A DNA stretch of 64,000 nt from Eledone cirrhosa. Its lineage: Eukaryota. A program made the translations under genes and the position numbers. The stretch spans positions 52,886,001 to 52,950,000 of the forward strand of contig OZ024749.1 of NCBI GenBank assembly GCA_964016885.1, written 5' to 3'. Below, piece after piece: positions 27,143-40,949 of the stretch; the stretch's first letter is position 1, and each line of letters begins with the position of its first letter. Below the pieces are notes generated by a model. The model searched no databases, was not told the origin of the DNA, and saw only the letters and a list, made by a program, of their open reading frames with translations.

Positions 27143-30100
27143 TTATACTTCAAGGCCTTTACTAATTAAAAAGGCTTCTTTTGATGGTTCTCGGCCAAGA
27201 AAATTGCGTAGCATTTCATCAGCATCCTGTAATATAAAAACAAACAATTTAATGCAAGTGAATTAAATTCATTGAAAAATGGTACATTGAACATATATAT
27301 TTTAGATCTAAGGAATGGTTTTTCTGACATATTCCAAAGAAGACAGAATTACAAGGTTAGTTATTTTCTGATAAGGCATTGTTCTCAAAATAAATAACAT
27401 CAAAATCTCATAGATTTGATATTATGTGAGATAATTATGTAAGATAAAGCCTTTACTACAAATATACAATAGTAAATATAGAGTAATGTAGATGCTAAAG
27501 GGTTAAAATAAACTTTCGCACTGCAAATGTGTGTGATTTCACACATATTTACAGGACACGTTAAAGGGTAAAAAAAAAATGTTGATATCTTCTATTGAAA
27601 TATGAGTTTTTAAAAAAGTTTAGTTACAAGACCAACAATTTGTGGGGAGGGGAGAACGTTGATTATATCAACCCCAGTACTTCACTGGTATTTTATTTTA
27701 TCAACCTCGAAAGGATGAAAAGCAAAGTTGATTTTGGTTGAATCTGAACTCAGAACATAAAGAGCCAGAACAAATACTGTTAACCATTTGTTCAATGATC
27801 TACCGATTCTGCCAATTACCTGCCTTCCAGTCGAATTCACTTAAACATACGGCAACAACAATCATATAGAAAATATTGATATACAGTTTAGAAAACAATT
27901 TGAAAGTTTATTACTTACAATTGATCCTCCCGGAGCTAGAATACATTTTCGGTAATCTCTTCCAATTGAGGGGTTCATTATTCCTTCTTTGGAAAATCTT
28001 GATGAAAACATATCGACACTAAACACTTCACTCCACTGGAAATAGAATTAAAAACTCTAATGATAATAAACTTGTTGAAATGTTACCTTGGAAGTGTTAA
28101 ATATTAAGTCTTTAATATTTCGGGGTAAAATCTTTTGTCAAAAGGAAAGTTGGGTTATCTTGTGTTGTGTATGTATAACTGCATTGTTATTAATTTTAAC
28201 ATTTACTGTTCTATTTACATTGCTGTAACCACTATTAGAAAACCACATGAGCAGGCTGTTCTGTTAGTCAAACAATGCTTGGGTCAAACTTAGGAAGGGC
28301 ATCCAGTCGTAGGAACTAAGCCAATATACAGATCAGACTGAGCAAGACATTGATCTCCTGACCTGACTTGTTTTTTTAACGTGACAACTTGTCGAACCCA
28401 TACAAGTGAGGAATTGGTTATTAAACGATGATGATGATGTATAAACAAAGCAAATGTTGGTTTCTTACTTACCAAATAACCGTAATACTGTGCATCGTAG
28501 CCATTAATAACGTGACTGAAAGTTGCAGCAAAATTTGTACCGGGTGTGATGGGTATATTTAACAGATCCAGATTCAACTCTTCCAAAATTTTCTTTGTGT
28601 CAGCCTGAAGAGAAGATTTAAGTTTAAATTAACATTTTAAACAAATATTTAACTCTTAACGTCCTGTACCACATGAAACAGCATTAACAAAACATTCTTA
28701 TAAAGTATAAAACAGCCACTATGACTACATAATATTAAATATCCAAGTCTTTACTTTAATTTACTGCAAATGTTCACAATAATCTGTCCACTAGTAAAGA
28801 TACTATAAACATTTGAATGAAGAGATGTTTTTAGATATTTTCTGTTGAATCATTACAGGATATCTTATTTTGTAATATACTATACTATATTATACTATAC
28901 TGTTATACTATGTCATACTATACTATGTTATAGTGTCATACTGTACTATATTATATGTTTATTATACTATGTTATACTAAAATTCATTTATGTTTAATCT
29001 AGGAAAGACTATTCGTCACCGAGTTAATTAAGAGTTAAATAAATATCCAACACTTCCAAACGAAATTTATAGAACAAAATATTACTTTATAAGCAATAAT
29101 TTGTTTGATAGCCATTTTGGTGACTTAGCATTTCAAAATATTGTGGGTTGCGGCTATATTTACCTCAAGTAGTGTTTGTATACACTGGTCTTCGTATTTC
29201 AAAATATTGTGGCTTTATTTACCTCAAGTAGTGTATATATATACTGGTATTAACATTTCAAAATACTGTGGGTATATTTACCTCAAGTTGTATTACACTG
29301 GTCTTAGTATTTCAAAATATTGTGGCTATATTTACCTCAGGCTGCGTATGCATGCGCTGGTCAAACTGACCTATTAACATTTGCCTTAAATTAAAGAAAC
29401 CAGCATTCGCTTTTCTAGACTTCTTCAGATTTTGGATGAAGTCACTTGGTATTGCTGTTCCATCTTGGTAGTGTTTGGACATTCGTAGAAGAGGCTCTTC
29501 TTCCCAGACCCAGTTTTCCAACATTTGAGAAGGAGCTTCGATGAAATCTCGTTCAGCATTAGTTCCACTGAAATACAATAAATTAAAAAAAATTTTATTT
29601 TATATGTAGAGATGGAACTATCAACATAAAGTAATTCAATAAAAATATACTCTTATGATGATTGATGGGTAAAGAAGTGCCAGAAAATCCTAGTGGATGG
29701 AAGCTGCGGGAGAGGAAGACCAAGGAAGACCTGGGCAGCAAAGAAATTCAGACTTACCTAAAATGTATATATTTTGTTTCTGAACAAAGTTGGTGCATCA
29801 CGTGACCAAACTCATGAAAATATGTTTGGACCTGAAAAAGAATAAAAAAATAAAAAAACGAAAAATTTGGCATAATATTTTACTGAAAAACGAAAGAAAT
29901 TCAATAAAGTAAAATATAGAGGAAGATTTATTTTATTTTATAAAAGGACAACAAAAAGCACTCAGTCCACCCTGTAAAGTAGTTGTGTTGGTAAAACGAG
30001 AAAAAGCACCCACTTCACCCTGTAAGGTAGTCAAGCTGGTGACACAATAAAAAGCACCCAGTCTACCCTGTAACGTGGTCATGTTGGTGACTCAATAAAA

Positions 30101-33100
30101 GCACCCAGTCCACCTTGTAAATGTGGTTTGCATTAAGAAGGGTATCCAGTTGTAGAAACCAAGCCAGAAACAGTTTTGCATCAATAAGACTCAGTCACCT
30201 TATTATTATGAATAAAGAATTTCCAAGTGACAAAAAAGCTGCTCCAACAATATGGTTTCTGATTTTGGCACAAGGCCAACAATTTGGGGGAAGTTATAAA
30301 AGAAATATATTTAAGTTTTAGTTAATACTTTTCGAATTTTTCATTCTAAGAATTAATTTTTTTTTACAAAATATCTGACACTTCTGTTACGTTTTATTAA
30401 AAGAAGTTTGGTTTTTAAGAATGTTAATTTAGAAAAATGCAAAACAAAACTAAACAAAAACAATTCTTACCTCGTCGTGAGATAAAAGTGAAGGTTTATC
30501 TGCGGTTGGTTTAACAATGTTGGCAACCATGGCAGCCACAGAGATCCTAGGCTGACCATTCTCAGCTTCACAGCCTTGCTGAAAATATTAGAAAGATAAA
30601 AGAAAAAGAGTAAAAACATATATAAAATATATGTTCTATATATATAACTGTATATACTCTCGTGGTAAGAAACTGTAGAATGTCTTCAGAGAAGACGTGT
30701 GTGTATGAATGTGTTTATATGTATATGTGTGCATGTATAGATGTGTGTGTGTGTTCATTGAAATATATTTCATTAGAAATAGAGAGACAGTGACAATAGG
30801 GTGAAATGCTAGAAACATAGTACAATGATAGCAGTAAAGTCTGTGGTTACTGATATTACAGTTGTTCTGTAGTAACAATAATAATATCTTAACATTTTAT
30901 TGATGGTAATTATCACAAACCAAAGAACAGAAGAAATAAAATAGTTTCACTATACCTGTAAAGAAAAACAAGCAGCATGAGTGAACTTTCCATCTCTTGG
31001 ATATAAATCTAAGTAGAAATAACCCAGCAGTACATTACTGTCTGTATCTGTTACACTGTACTGAAAAAAAATAAGAGAGCTGAATAAAATCTTTATCAAG
31101 TTTTAGAAATTACAGAAAATGATAAAAAATAGTAAAAATTCTGTCAAGTCACAGAAATTATGGTATGGTGTGGTCCCATAACTCCTGATGGAGTGGTAGG
31201 GGTGCCGTATTGACATACAGTGTTTCAAGGGTATTTTAAAACCCGGTGGACCCCCATCTCCTCTCCAGGTCTGAATACAGCAGATTTCTTCCAGAGAAGG
31301 ACAGAGAGAGAGAATGGCAGTGAGACAGAGATATAGAGGAAGAATCTACCCCAGTACTTGACTGGTACTTTTTTATCGATCCAAAATGGATGAAAGGCAA
31401 GTTGACTGTAGAAAGTAGAGAAAATGGTAAAAAATAATACAGAAAGAAATAGACTTGCAGTAGTTATGGAACTGTCAAATGAAATGAAACACTCACCATT
31501 GTAACATCCGGATGCCAAACATGAGGGTTTTCTATTTTGGCAAATTTTAACCCAAGTAAATCCTGAAATTATATTTAACAAAATGAAAAAATAAAGTTTT
31601 ACAGTGTTGTAAAATAATAATAACTGTTTCAAAACATACCTTATATTTATATATAGTATAAAACTGTTAAAATTAATTTTAAAAACTTGAGACAAAGTAA
31701 TTAACTTACCTGGTATATACTCAGAAGGCCTTCGGTAACAATTTCCATTGAGAAATATTCGCGAAGTTTATCTTCGTCAATAGCAAAATCACGTTCTTCT
31801 AATAAGTTCATGCAATAACGTGTATCATAGATATTGATTTTATCATCAAATTCTATGTTATGTTTCTCACACTGTTAAAGAAAAATAATACTTGGTAATA
31901 TTGATGCCAATATAAATAAATATTTTATGACATATTCTTTGGTATATATATAATAATAATAATATAATAATGAAATTATTGTGTACAGTACTCAGGTGCA
32001 CTACAACTCATCAAAGGTGCATGTATAGTACATAGAATAATGTACAAATGTCAGGAAAATGAACAGTGTACGAGTCATGATATACATGTGTGCATGTGTA
32101 TGGAGGGGGAATATCAGGTGTAGTGTTGGCGAATCACAGGAAGCATGGAGGTTTTAAACGATGCAGTGTCTCGACAGCTGACAACTGATGCAGGTAGTTT
32201 GTTCCATGGAGGTTTTAAAGGATGCAGTGTCTCGACAGCTGACAACTGATGCAGGTAGTTTGTTCCATGGAGGTTTTAAAGGATGCAGTGTCCTGACAGC
32301 TAACAACTGATGCAGGTAGTTTGTTCCATGGAGGTTTTAAAGGATGTAGTGTCCCGACAGCTAACAACTGATGCAGGTAGTTTGTTCCATGGAGGTTTTA
32401 AAGGATGCAGTGTCTTGACAGCTAACAACTGATGCAGGTAGTTTGTTCCATGGAGGTTTTAAAGGATGCAGTGTCCTGACAGCTGACAACTGATGCAGGG
32501 AGTTTGTTCCATGCTTCAGCAACTCTGAGCGTGAAAAAATGTTTCCGAAAGTCATGGGAGCTGTGCTGTTTTCTGACTTTGTTGGCATGTCCATGGGTGT
32601 TAGAGTCGTAGGGGCACTGTACTGACATACAGCGTTTCTTGGGCAATTTTTAAGCCTGGCAGAGCCCATTATTCTCCAGGCCTGAGTATAGTAATTCTTT
32701 TCCAGAGATAAAGAATCGACCCCAGTAAAAGACTGGTACTCTTTTTTATCGACCTTGAAAGGATTTGAACTGAGAGAGCAGAGAGCCGGAACGAATACTA
32801 TAAAGCCTTCTATCTGACGTTCTAATGACTGCCAACTTGCCGCCTATATATATATGTATATATATACAGATATAAATATACAGATATATATATATATATA
32901 TATACTTACATATATACATACATATATATATATATGCAAAAGTTCTATTTAAATTGTTGGGATACAACAAGCAAATATTTTTATAACTGATATAAAGCAC
33001 TCAACAAGTATTTGGAGTAGATATACGATATTAACAAATGGAAACTATATTTATAAAACCATATTTATTTCATTATACATATTTCAAGGATACCAAGTTA

Positions 33101-36100
33101 AATTATGGTGTGCCTTCATCAGACAAAATACAATATATACCAGTTTTATAAATAAACATTGACGTACTTTGTATTTTGTCTGATGAAGGCATACCATAAT
33201 TTAACTTGGTATCCTTGAAATATGTATAATGAAATAAATATGGTTTTATAAATATAGTTTCCATTTGCTAATATCGTATATATATATATATATATATATA
33301 CTTACATATATACATACATATACACATATACAAAACCATCTCAGAAAAGTTTTCAATCTTCTAAGAAATAAACATATTTACCATTTCCTTTTTATATTTT
33401 AAGTAGAATTCCTTTTCTTTAGCATAAATCAATTTAAGTTTTGGTAATAATTCTGCATAAAATTTCTGCACAGTTTCTGGAGATTTGGCCATTCTCATGT
33501 CTAAGACAGACGAAGCATGTGTCTTGAAGCCCAGCAGATTAGCTTGCTGTAAAAACAGAATACGTACAATAACAATGATGGTTAAAAAATCAAATGAAAG
33601 TATACATAGATATGTGTGTGTGACAGCTCACACCTATGCAGGTTTAGTTAGCCTCCTCCAAGGTATATCTCGTTGGAGGTGTCTTGGGTGATTTAATGAT
33701 ATGGACCCCAGTCCTATCATCTCATTTCTACAGCTGAGTAAACTGGAGCAACGTGAAATAAAGTGTCTTGCTCAAGGAAACAACACATCACCCGGTCCGA
33801 GAATTGAACTCACAACCTTTCGATTGCAAGCTCTAACCACTAAGCCATGTGCCTTCACATATATAGATATATATGTTTATAAAAACATAAAGAGAAAGTA
33901 AGTTATGCTAAACACCAACTTGTGTACCTCTTATAAAGTTCACTTACAAGGTGTATTTTCTTTTATTATTTATTATTAAAGCGGTGGATTGGCAATATCG
34001 GTAGAGGGTCGGACGCCATGCTTTGACACAGAGTTATGGTCTTTTATGATCTGAGTTCAATTCCCGCCAAGGTTAACTTTGCCTTTCATCCTTACGGGGT
34101 CGATAAAATAAAGTACCAGTCACACACTGGGGTTGATTTAATCAACTTTCCCCTCCCTTAAAATTGCTGGCCTTGTGCCTATATAAGAAATCATTATTAT
34201 TTTTTTCCTTATATAACGTGATCTCTATAGAACGTTTCCTAGCGTCTACACATGGCTGAGTGGTTAGAGAATTGGAGTCGCAATCGTGAGGTTGTGAGTT
34301 TGATTCACGGATCGAGCGATACGTTATGTCCTTGAGCAAGACACTTTATTTCACGTTGCTTCTTCTATTTGGAAGTGCGACTGATAGGATAATATTAGCA
34401 ATTAGAAAGACCAATGGAAACATTGTTTCCTTAGTCCGATTTGACGAAAGTCGATCGACCAGAACAGTTTTATTCAAAGGAAATCGTCTTGGAAGAGCCT
34501 AATTGTACAAACCTCATGACGTAATTTCACAATTTCTTCCATAATTGGAACATTCTCTTCAAGACATCTGGAATTAAAAATTACAAAACAGATTCAATAA
34601 AAGAAATACAAATTAATTTTCTAATTCAAATAATTAAGTAGCAAAGATTTATTCAGCTATTTTAACTTTTTCGAAACCAAACTGCCATTTCTTCTTCTTC
34701 ACCCACTTATGGGTTGTGGGGGACAGAGTCCTCAAACACTCCTTCCAGCGGGTACTGCCAGCCGCAACCGTCTCCAACTGAGAGACAGTGTCTTTCATTA
34801 GAAATATGGTAATGAAAGGGTTAATGACATAGACAGTGTCTTTCATTAGAAATATGGTAATGAAAGGGTTAATGACATAGACAGTGTCTTTCATTAGAAA
34901 TATAGTAATGAAAGGGTTAAACTTTATTTAAGAAAATTTACTTGAATGTCTGTCTTAGTAAAATATATTGATCGCACAAAGCAAAATTGATAAGGACAAA
35001 TTCATTTACCGAGCATTGAAAGCAAATTCTAATTTCTTTCGAGTTTCAGGTCTGTGTGCTTTTTTCATGATTGGGAAATAATGAGGGTATTTCAACGTAA
35101 CTTTGTGTTTACCATCTTCAGTCTGTTAAAACATATTACAACATTTTAAAATATACTGGTACTTGTTTATGACATAATCAATCAATCATTCATAAAACAA
35201 TGAACTAATTATGTATCAATCTTCACGTTTTGTTTTCACAGTTCAATACATATATTATAAAATCTATTTAAAAATTTAATAATAATAAAACATTTTTTTT
35301 TCATCACTAAAATTCAAAAATGTAATTTGAAAAACTCTTTCAATTTCATATTACATTTCTATAAAATTTACTAAATATTAAATTCTTTATTATTTCTATG
35401 TAATTTTCTCTCAGATATTTGTAACACACTGTATAATAAACAGAGGACTATTAATCCATTGAAACATCTGGATGCCAAACATGAGCAATTTCTATTTGGG
35501 CAAATTTTAACCCAAGTAAATCCTGAAATTATATTAGCAAAAAAACAAAATGAAGTAACATTGAAGGAAAGTCGGTTAAATCGACCCCAGTGCATTACTG
35601 GTACTTTATTATATCGACCCCCGTAAGGATGAAAGGTAAAGTTAACCTCGGCGGGATTTGAACTCAGAACGTAAAGGGGTGTAACCCTATGCCATGAAGC
35701 ATGGTGTCCAATGCTCTACCGTTTCTGCCAATCCACCACCCTTGTAACATTAAATAATAATAACAGTTTATATAGATTTGAATGAAGACAGTGTGGTCTT
35801 TAACCCTTTAGTATTTACATTACTCTATATATACTCTCACATATCAAATCTATGAGATTTTGATATTATTTATTTTGAGAACAATACCTTAACGTTAGTA
35901 TGAGTGGCTGGAGAAAGAGGTGAGAGAATTCTGGCCGGATATGGCCAGTTTAAATGCTTAAGAGCTAAATTAATTTAAGAAAACAAAAAACTTACATGAA
36001 ATATCTACAGGAGATTTAAAATAAAAACCTCAATAATAGGTTTTTAAAAATCATTTATAAAATTAATCCATTTCTTGTATATAATTAAAATAAGAGTAGT

Positions 36101-39100
36101 TATCATTATTTGATGCTAACGAAGTTTTAATGTTAAACATTGTAGTTCACAAGGTGTGTTTACAGATACAGAACTTACCTGTTCAAGGGAATTTATGAAT
36201 GATTCCGGCAAACCAACTGGATAATAAAATTGGAAGAAGATGCAGAAAATATATAAATGGAAATAAAAAAAACTGGCAAATAAATAATGAAAACAAACGA
36301 ATATTTAATAATAAATGTTTGGTGATAGGGAGGACATCCTAAAGTAGAAAATTTGCAAATCAAAGGGTTGGGAAGACCCTTCAGTCATGTCAAAGACCTG
36401 ACAATCTCCTTAGTGTTACGAGGATCCTTCAGTCGTGTCAAAGACATCATCCTCCCTAATGCTGGTGCAATATGAACGGAACCCTTCTCACTAAAACACT
36501 CAAGAAAACTATGAGATGGTCCTCCACAAGGGGCCAGCTGTAAATTTCATTTATTGCTACTAATTTTTTTATTTAAAATTATTTGAAAATCATAGGCAGT
36601 GTCTGACATAAGAAATATGGTCTTGAAATTTCATAGTCTGACCAAGATACACTCATGGAATGACCAAATGAGGTTTATTTCTCAACATAGTACCATGAAA
36701 GAAACAATGCAGTTATTATTAAGAAGAGTTGAAATTAATGCATGCAAGATTTCAGTTCTAGCATCACTCGTTCATTGTCAGCCTCCTATGAACATTTTAG
36801 CCTACCCTAATGTGAGTGTGAGTGCAGGGTTATATATATAATGTTAAAATGTAATTCCGTCTTTCACAGATCTAGCATCACTCCTTCATAGTCAGCCAAT
36901 GAACTTTTCAGCCTACCCTTGTATGAGATCTTTTAGAAATGTCTAAGGCTATTGTAATTATACTTACATAATTCATCGGTAGTAAGTTCTACAATAGAGT
37001 TTTCCTCAATTACATTCTTCTTAAATTCTATCGCCAATTCACTGATTCTTTTTTTGATTCTCATTACTTTCTCTTGGGTTTCCTTTGGTAGATGTAAACC
37101 TGAAGATCAAAGTTAAATAAGAAGAGTTGAAATTAATGTATGTTTAATATAAGTGAGTATATATGGTAAATACCATTAACCATTTAGCATTTAAACCAGC
37201 CGTATCTGGCCAGAATTCTCTCACCTCTTTCTGTTCAAACCAGCTGTAACTGGTTATTCATTTTGATGTTAAGGTATTATTTTCAAAATAAATAATATCA
37301 AATCTCATAGATTCAATATTATGTGAGGTAAAGCCTTTACTGTGAAAATATAATAGTAAATATAAAGTAATGTAAATGTTATGTGAGATATTATGAGATA
37401 AAGACCCATCATAATTTAATGGAAATAGATTAAACAATAACTTACCGTTTTTTTTGCCCAGTTTTATAAGACGTTCCACTAATCGTTTAGTTTCACCAGT
37501 TAAAGAACTTTGATTCTTATCAAAGAAGGTAACAATGGAATCAAAGATATCTTGTCGCATGCTACAAAATAGATTAAAAAATATTTAATGAAATCAATAA
37601 CTGAAAATTAGAGTAAATCAGGAGAGAATCTTCACAAAACTTGAGATTATCATGAATGGGATACCTACCTTTGAGAAAGCATGGTACATACTACAAAGTC
37701 ATACTCAATTACAAGAGACAGCTGTAGATTTTTCTCATCCAGTCCAACATTTATTATGTTTTTTTTTATTATTTATCCCTTAAGCATTTAAACCGGCCAT
37801 ATCCGGCCAGAATTCTCTCACCTCTTGATGTTCAAACCAGCTGTAACCGGCCACACATACTGACGTTAAGGTATTGTTCTCAAAATAAATATCAAAATCT
37901 CGTAGATTCGATATTATATGAGGTAAAGCCTTTACCATGAAAATATGTGAGACAATTATGTAAGGTAAAGCCTTTATCATGAAAACATGAGATAATTTAC
38001 CATCAAAATACAATAGTAAATATAGAGTAATGTATATGCTAAAGGGTTAAACTTGCTAACAACTTACCTTATTTCAACATCAAAGTCTGACAATTTTTTA
38101 TCAGCTTCCACACTTGCATCACGAAATACCTTGTCAGGAAATACTTGTTGAATAAATTCTAAATTATTTCTTTTCACCTCATACTCTATAGCATCCAACA
38201 CAAGAGGCTACAATTAAAGGAAGGAAAAACAATTCAGGATTATGAAAGTATTAGAAATTTTATTAAAATATAATTGAAAGATTAACTCTTTCCTGACTGC
38301 ATTTCTAATGAAGAATTTTGAGGGATTTACTAAAATTATTAATTATTTCATTACTAAGACAGTAACTTAATTTAAGGTTCTTATATAAAATTATGTTGGG
38401 AGATTATAATTTAAATTGGAAACCTTTAAAATGGATGGTTTTATTTCATAACTAAAGGGTTAAACGTTCCTACATTCCCACCCTTCACCAGATAAGTACC
38501 CCAGCCTAGATCTACCTCTCTAATCCCCACTCCAGTCCACACTGTAAATGTGGTTGGCGTTAGGAAGGACATCCAGTCGTAAAAACCAAGCCAGAAACAG
38601 TTCTGTATCAGCAAGACATGGTCACCTGATCTGGTTTGTCTCACAATGGGACAACTCGCCTAACCCATGCTAGCGTGGAAAAATGGACAGTAAACGGTGA
38701 TGATGATGGGTAGTGGATTGGTAGAAATGGCAAAGAGTCGGATAAAATACCATTGTGGTATTTGTTCTCATTCCTTACATTCTGAGTTCAAATCCCACCG
38801 AGGTCAACTTTGGTATTCATCCTTTTGAGGTCAATAAATAAAGGGGGCCAGTCCTCAATTTCTCTCTCCCTCTCTCTACAGACCTGGAGAGGGGAGGATG
38901 GATTCCACCGAGTTTTAATTCCCTAGGTAACCGTCGATATGTCAAAATAGTACACACAAGACTCCACCACGAATAATGAGTCAATGAGTCCATGTCATGC
39001 ATGTATTGTGAATGATACGCCTCACTGAACTTCCCTATCGATCAATTTTTGCCGTCGTATATCACAAATTTCTTTAGATTATAACCTAGTCATATATATA

Positions 39101-39902
39101 ATTAATTAAAGCTAATGAATGACAACAATCACACAAATGCTAATTCATGCTGGGCAAACAGGGAAATAATTAAACCGCAAGTAATGCCAATATATCGATG
39201 ATTCATTATAAAGTTCCATGACAAAGCATATTTAAATATCAACAACAAAAGATAGAGAGAAGAGGAGGGGAGTTTAACAATGAAGTGCAAATTATTACAG
39301 TTTGAATAATAAAAATATTCAAAATAATCCTTAATTTTTAATATTTTCTTTTAATGGGTATTTTTTTAATCAAAAATTATCAATATTGAAAGTTCAATAC
39401 ATACCTTAATCGTGGAATCATAATTAACTTCATCGTATTTCAAAGCACCAACTTTATCATGGACCGCTTTTGATTTAACCATTATTTCTTCGGCGACATC
39501 AGCAATTTTCTCCACTGTCCATTCCCATGTAAGTTCCACCCCAGCTGGATTATTTCCTTTTACGTGATCTCCAGACATATTGCGACAGTAATTTAAACTA
39601 GCTGAAGATTTTGGAGTACAGTGGACCGCCAGCGAAGGCAACTGCTTTTGATGAAGATTCGAAGGAGAAAACTGATGAAGTAGTCTTAGATATAAAGGTT
39701 TAACACAAACTTGACTGGCGACGGCCAGGTGCCTTGTTATTAATTTTCGCTTCTGATTTACTGAGAAAGCTGTGTGATGGAGTTTTGAAAGACTGTAACG
39801 GCTTTTTGCTCCAACAAAGACGTGAGAACGTGTCAAAAGTAGAGGAGCGCTACTTGTATGAAACAGGTGGAGAATGTAGCTAAAGATGAACAGATTTCTC
39901 AT
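27143..39902 (-). CDS. THOP1: Thimet oligopeptidase/neurolysin-like M3A metallopeptidase, complete, 17 exons (670 aa from ATG 39578; 778 aa from ATG 39902)
   Basis: Exons: 39405-39902, 38068-38207, 37446-37561, 36968-37099, 36179-36216, 35010-35122, 34513-34567, 33382-33546, 31710-31871, 31497-31562, 30956-31060, 30471-30578, 29758-29831, 29336-29567, 28473-28604, 27919-28035, 27143-27226 (TAA). Phases are consistent. Zn motif [11 protein letters not shown], plus [42 protein letters not shown] and [11 protein letters not shown]. May be a co-ortholog of THOP1 and NLN. Confidence 0.93.
31955..32630 (-). mobile_element. CR1/L2-type LINE 3' fragment with a 6 x 61-bp internal tandem
   Basis: Peptide [11 protein letters not shown]...[24 protein letters not shown]...SFKTSM is the typical CR1-group ORF2 C-terminus. 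The 61-bp repeat spans 32144-32512; (TTA)n tail near 31955. Confidence 0.75.
33066..33130 (-). ncRNA. Minimal type I hammerhead ribozyme (family A, minus arm)
   Basis: Inverted copy of 33172-33236 with one stem II substitution. Confidence 0.65.
33172..33236 (+). ncRNA. Minimal type I hammerhead ribozyme (family A)
   Basis: Stem I TATTTTGT/ATGAAATA (8 bp, 2 GU); CTGATGA 33180-86; stem II AGGCATACCA/TGGTATCCTT; GAAA 33217-20; stem III ATATGTAT (self-complementary with GU pairs); predicted cleavage after A33228. Confidence 0.7.
35457..35522 (-). pseudogene. Out-of-order duplicate of THOP1 exon 10 (31497-31562) located in intron 5
   Basis: 60/66 nt identical. Encodes [22 protein letters not shown]. 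Acceptor retained; no GT donor (followed by GAT TAA). Confidence 0.8.
37773..38050 (+). mobile_element. piggyBac-type MITE copy in a THOP1 intron
   Basis: CCCTTAAGCATTTAAACCGG...ATGCTAAAGGGTTAA; same body as the other copies. Confidence 0.7.
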
Positions 39903-39939
39903 GAATGACCATAGATACACTGGACACACACATGGAATT

Positions 39940-39960
39940 GATGACGCATGCGCACTGCTT
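39940..39960. promoter_or_regulatory. NRF1-like motif (CGCATGCGCA) just upstream of the THOP1/NLN first exon
   Basis: gacgcatgcgcact about 45 nt upstream of ATG 39902; matches the NRF1 palindrome TGCGCATGCGCA. Confidence 0.45.
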
Positions 39961-40266
39961 CAACGGTGCACCGATAAAAAAATTAACTGCTTAAAGGTAG
40001 TGCGATTTGAGGTGTGAAGATGAAATTGGTTTTGCAAAACCAACCGACAGGAGACGCAAGGCTAGACCCCTCAAGCATGATGGTTAGATACCATCCATGA
40101 AGTCTATTGGTCTCTCTAGGGGATCCAGCCGGATCAGATGGAGACGGTTTCTTCTGACAGGACTCCCTGGAAGGAGTTCTTTGAGGGCTCTGCCCTTACG
40201 ATCCTCTAAGGAATACATATATAAGCACACACACACGTTCACATATATATATATATACAAACACAT

Positions 40267-40311
<45 letters not shown>

Positions 40312-40398
40312 AACACGCGCGCGCGCGCATATGCACACATAAACACGCACACACATATATATACACACAAAATATATATATAAACACACACATGCATA

Positions 40399-40460
<62 letters not shown>

Positions 40461-40498
40461 ATATTAACAAATGGAAACTATATTTACAAAAGCATATT

Positions 40499-40564
40499 TA
40501 TTTTATTATACATATTTCAAGGGCCACCAAGGCAAATTATGGTGCGCTTTCATCAGATAAAATA
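40499..40564 (-). ncRNA. Minimal type I hammerhead ribozyme (family A variant)
   Basis: Minus strand reads TATTTTAT CTGATGA AAGCGCACCA...TGGTGGCCCTT GAAA TATGTATA ATAAAATA. Stem I is fully Watson-Crick. Confidence 0.7.
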
Positions 40565-40795
40565 CAATACAGATTTGTTTTATAAATAAATATTGACATA
40601 CCCTGAAAAAAAGACAACCTCAACGGTTGGAGCTTCCTGGATAGTTGAGTGCTTTATATCAGTTATAAAAATCTTTAAGCTTGTTGAATCCCAACAAATT
40701 AAATATAACCTCTGCATATATATATATAGAAACGATCGTTAAATAATGAACTTTTTTTGTTTAATATAAGGAATTGTTTATTCATTATTTGTTTA

Positions 40796-40849
<54 letters not shown>

Positions 40850-40880
40850 AGAACAAAAGATGGTTAAAAGAGTTCCATGT

Positions 40881-40949
40881 ATTTTATTATGTGCATTTCA
40901 AAAACAAATATCATCATGCAATAATATTTGTGTTTTCATCAGATAAAAC
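40881..40949 (-). ncRNA. Minimal type I hammerhead ribozyme (family B, minus arm)
   Basis: Mirror copy of 41107-41175. Stem III is ATGCACAT (one substitution). Confidence 0.65.

Larger units (their letters stand above)
32935..33281 (-). mobile_element. Non-autonomous Penelope-like palindrome+tail element (family A) in (TA)n
   Basis: 113-bp inverted arms 33021-33133/33169-33281 carrying hammerheads, a unique tail 32935-33020, and a flanking direct repeat (TA)n-cttacatatatacatacatata at 32905-32926 and 33301-33322. Confidence 0.65.
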
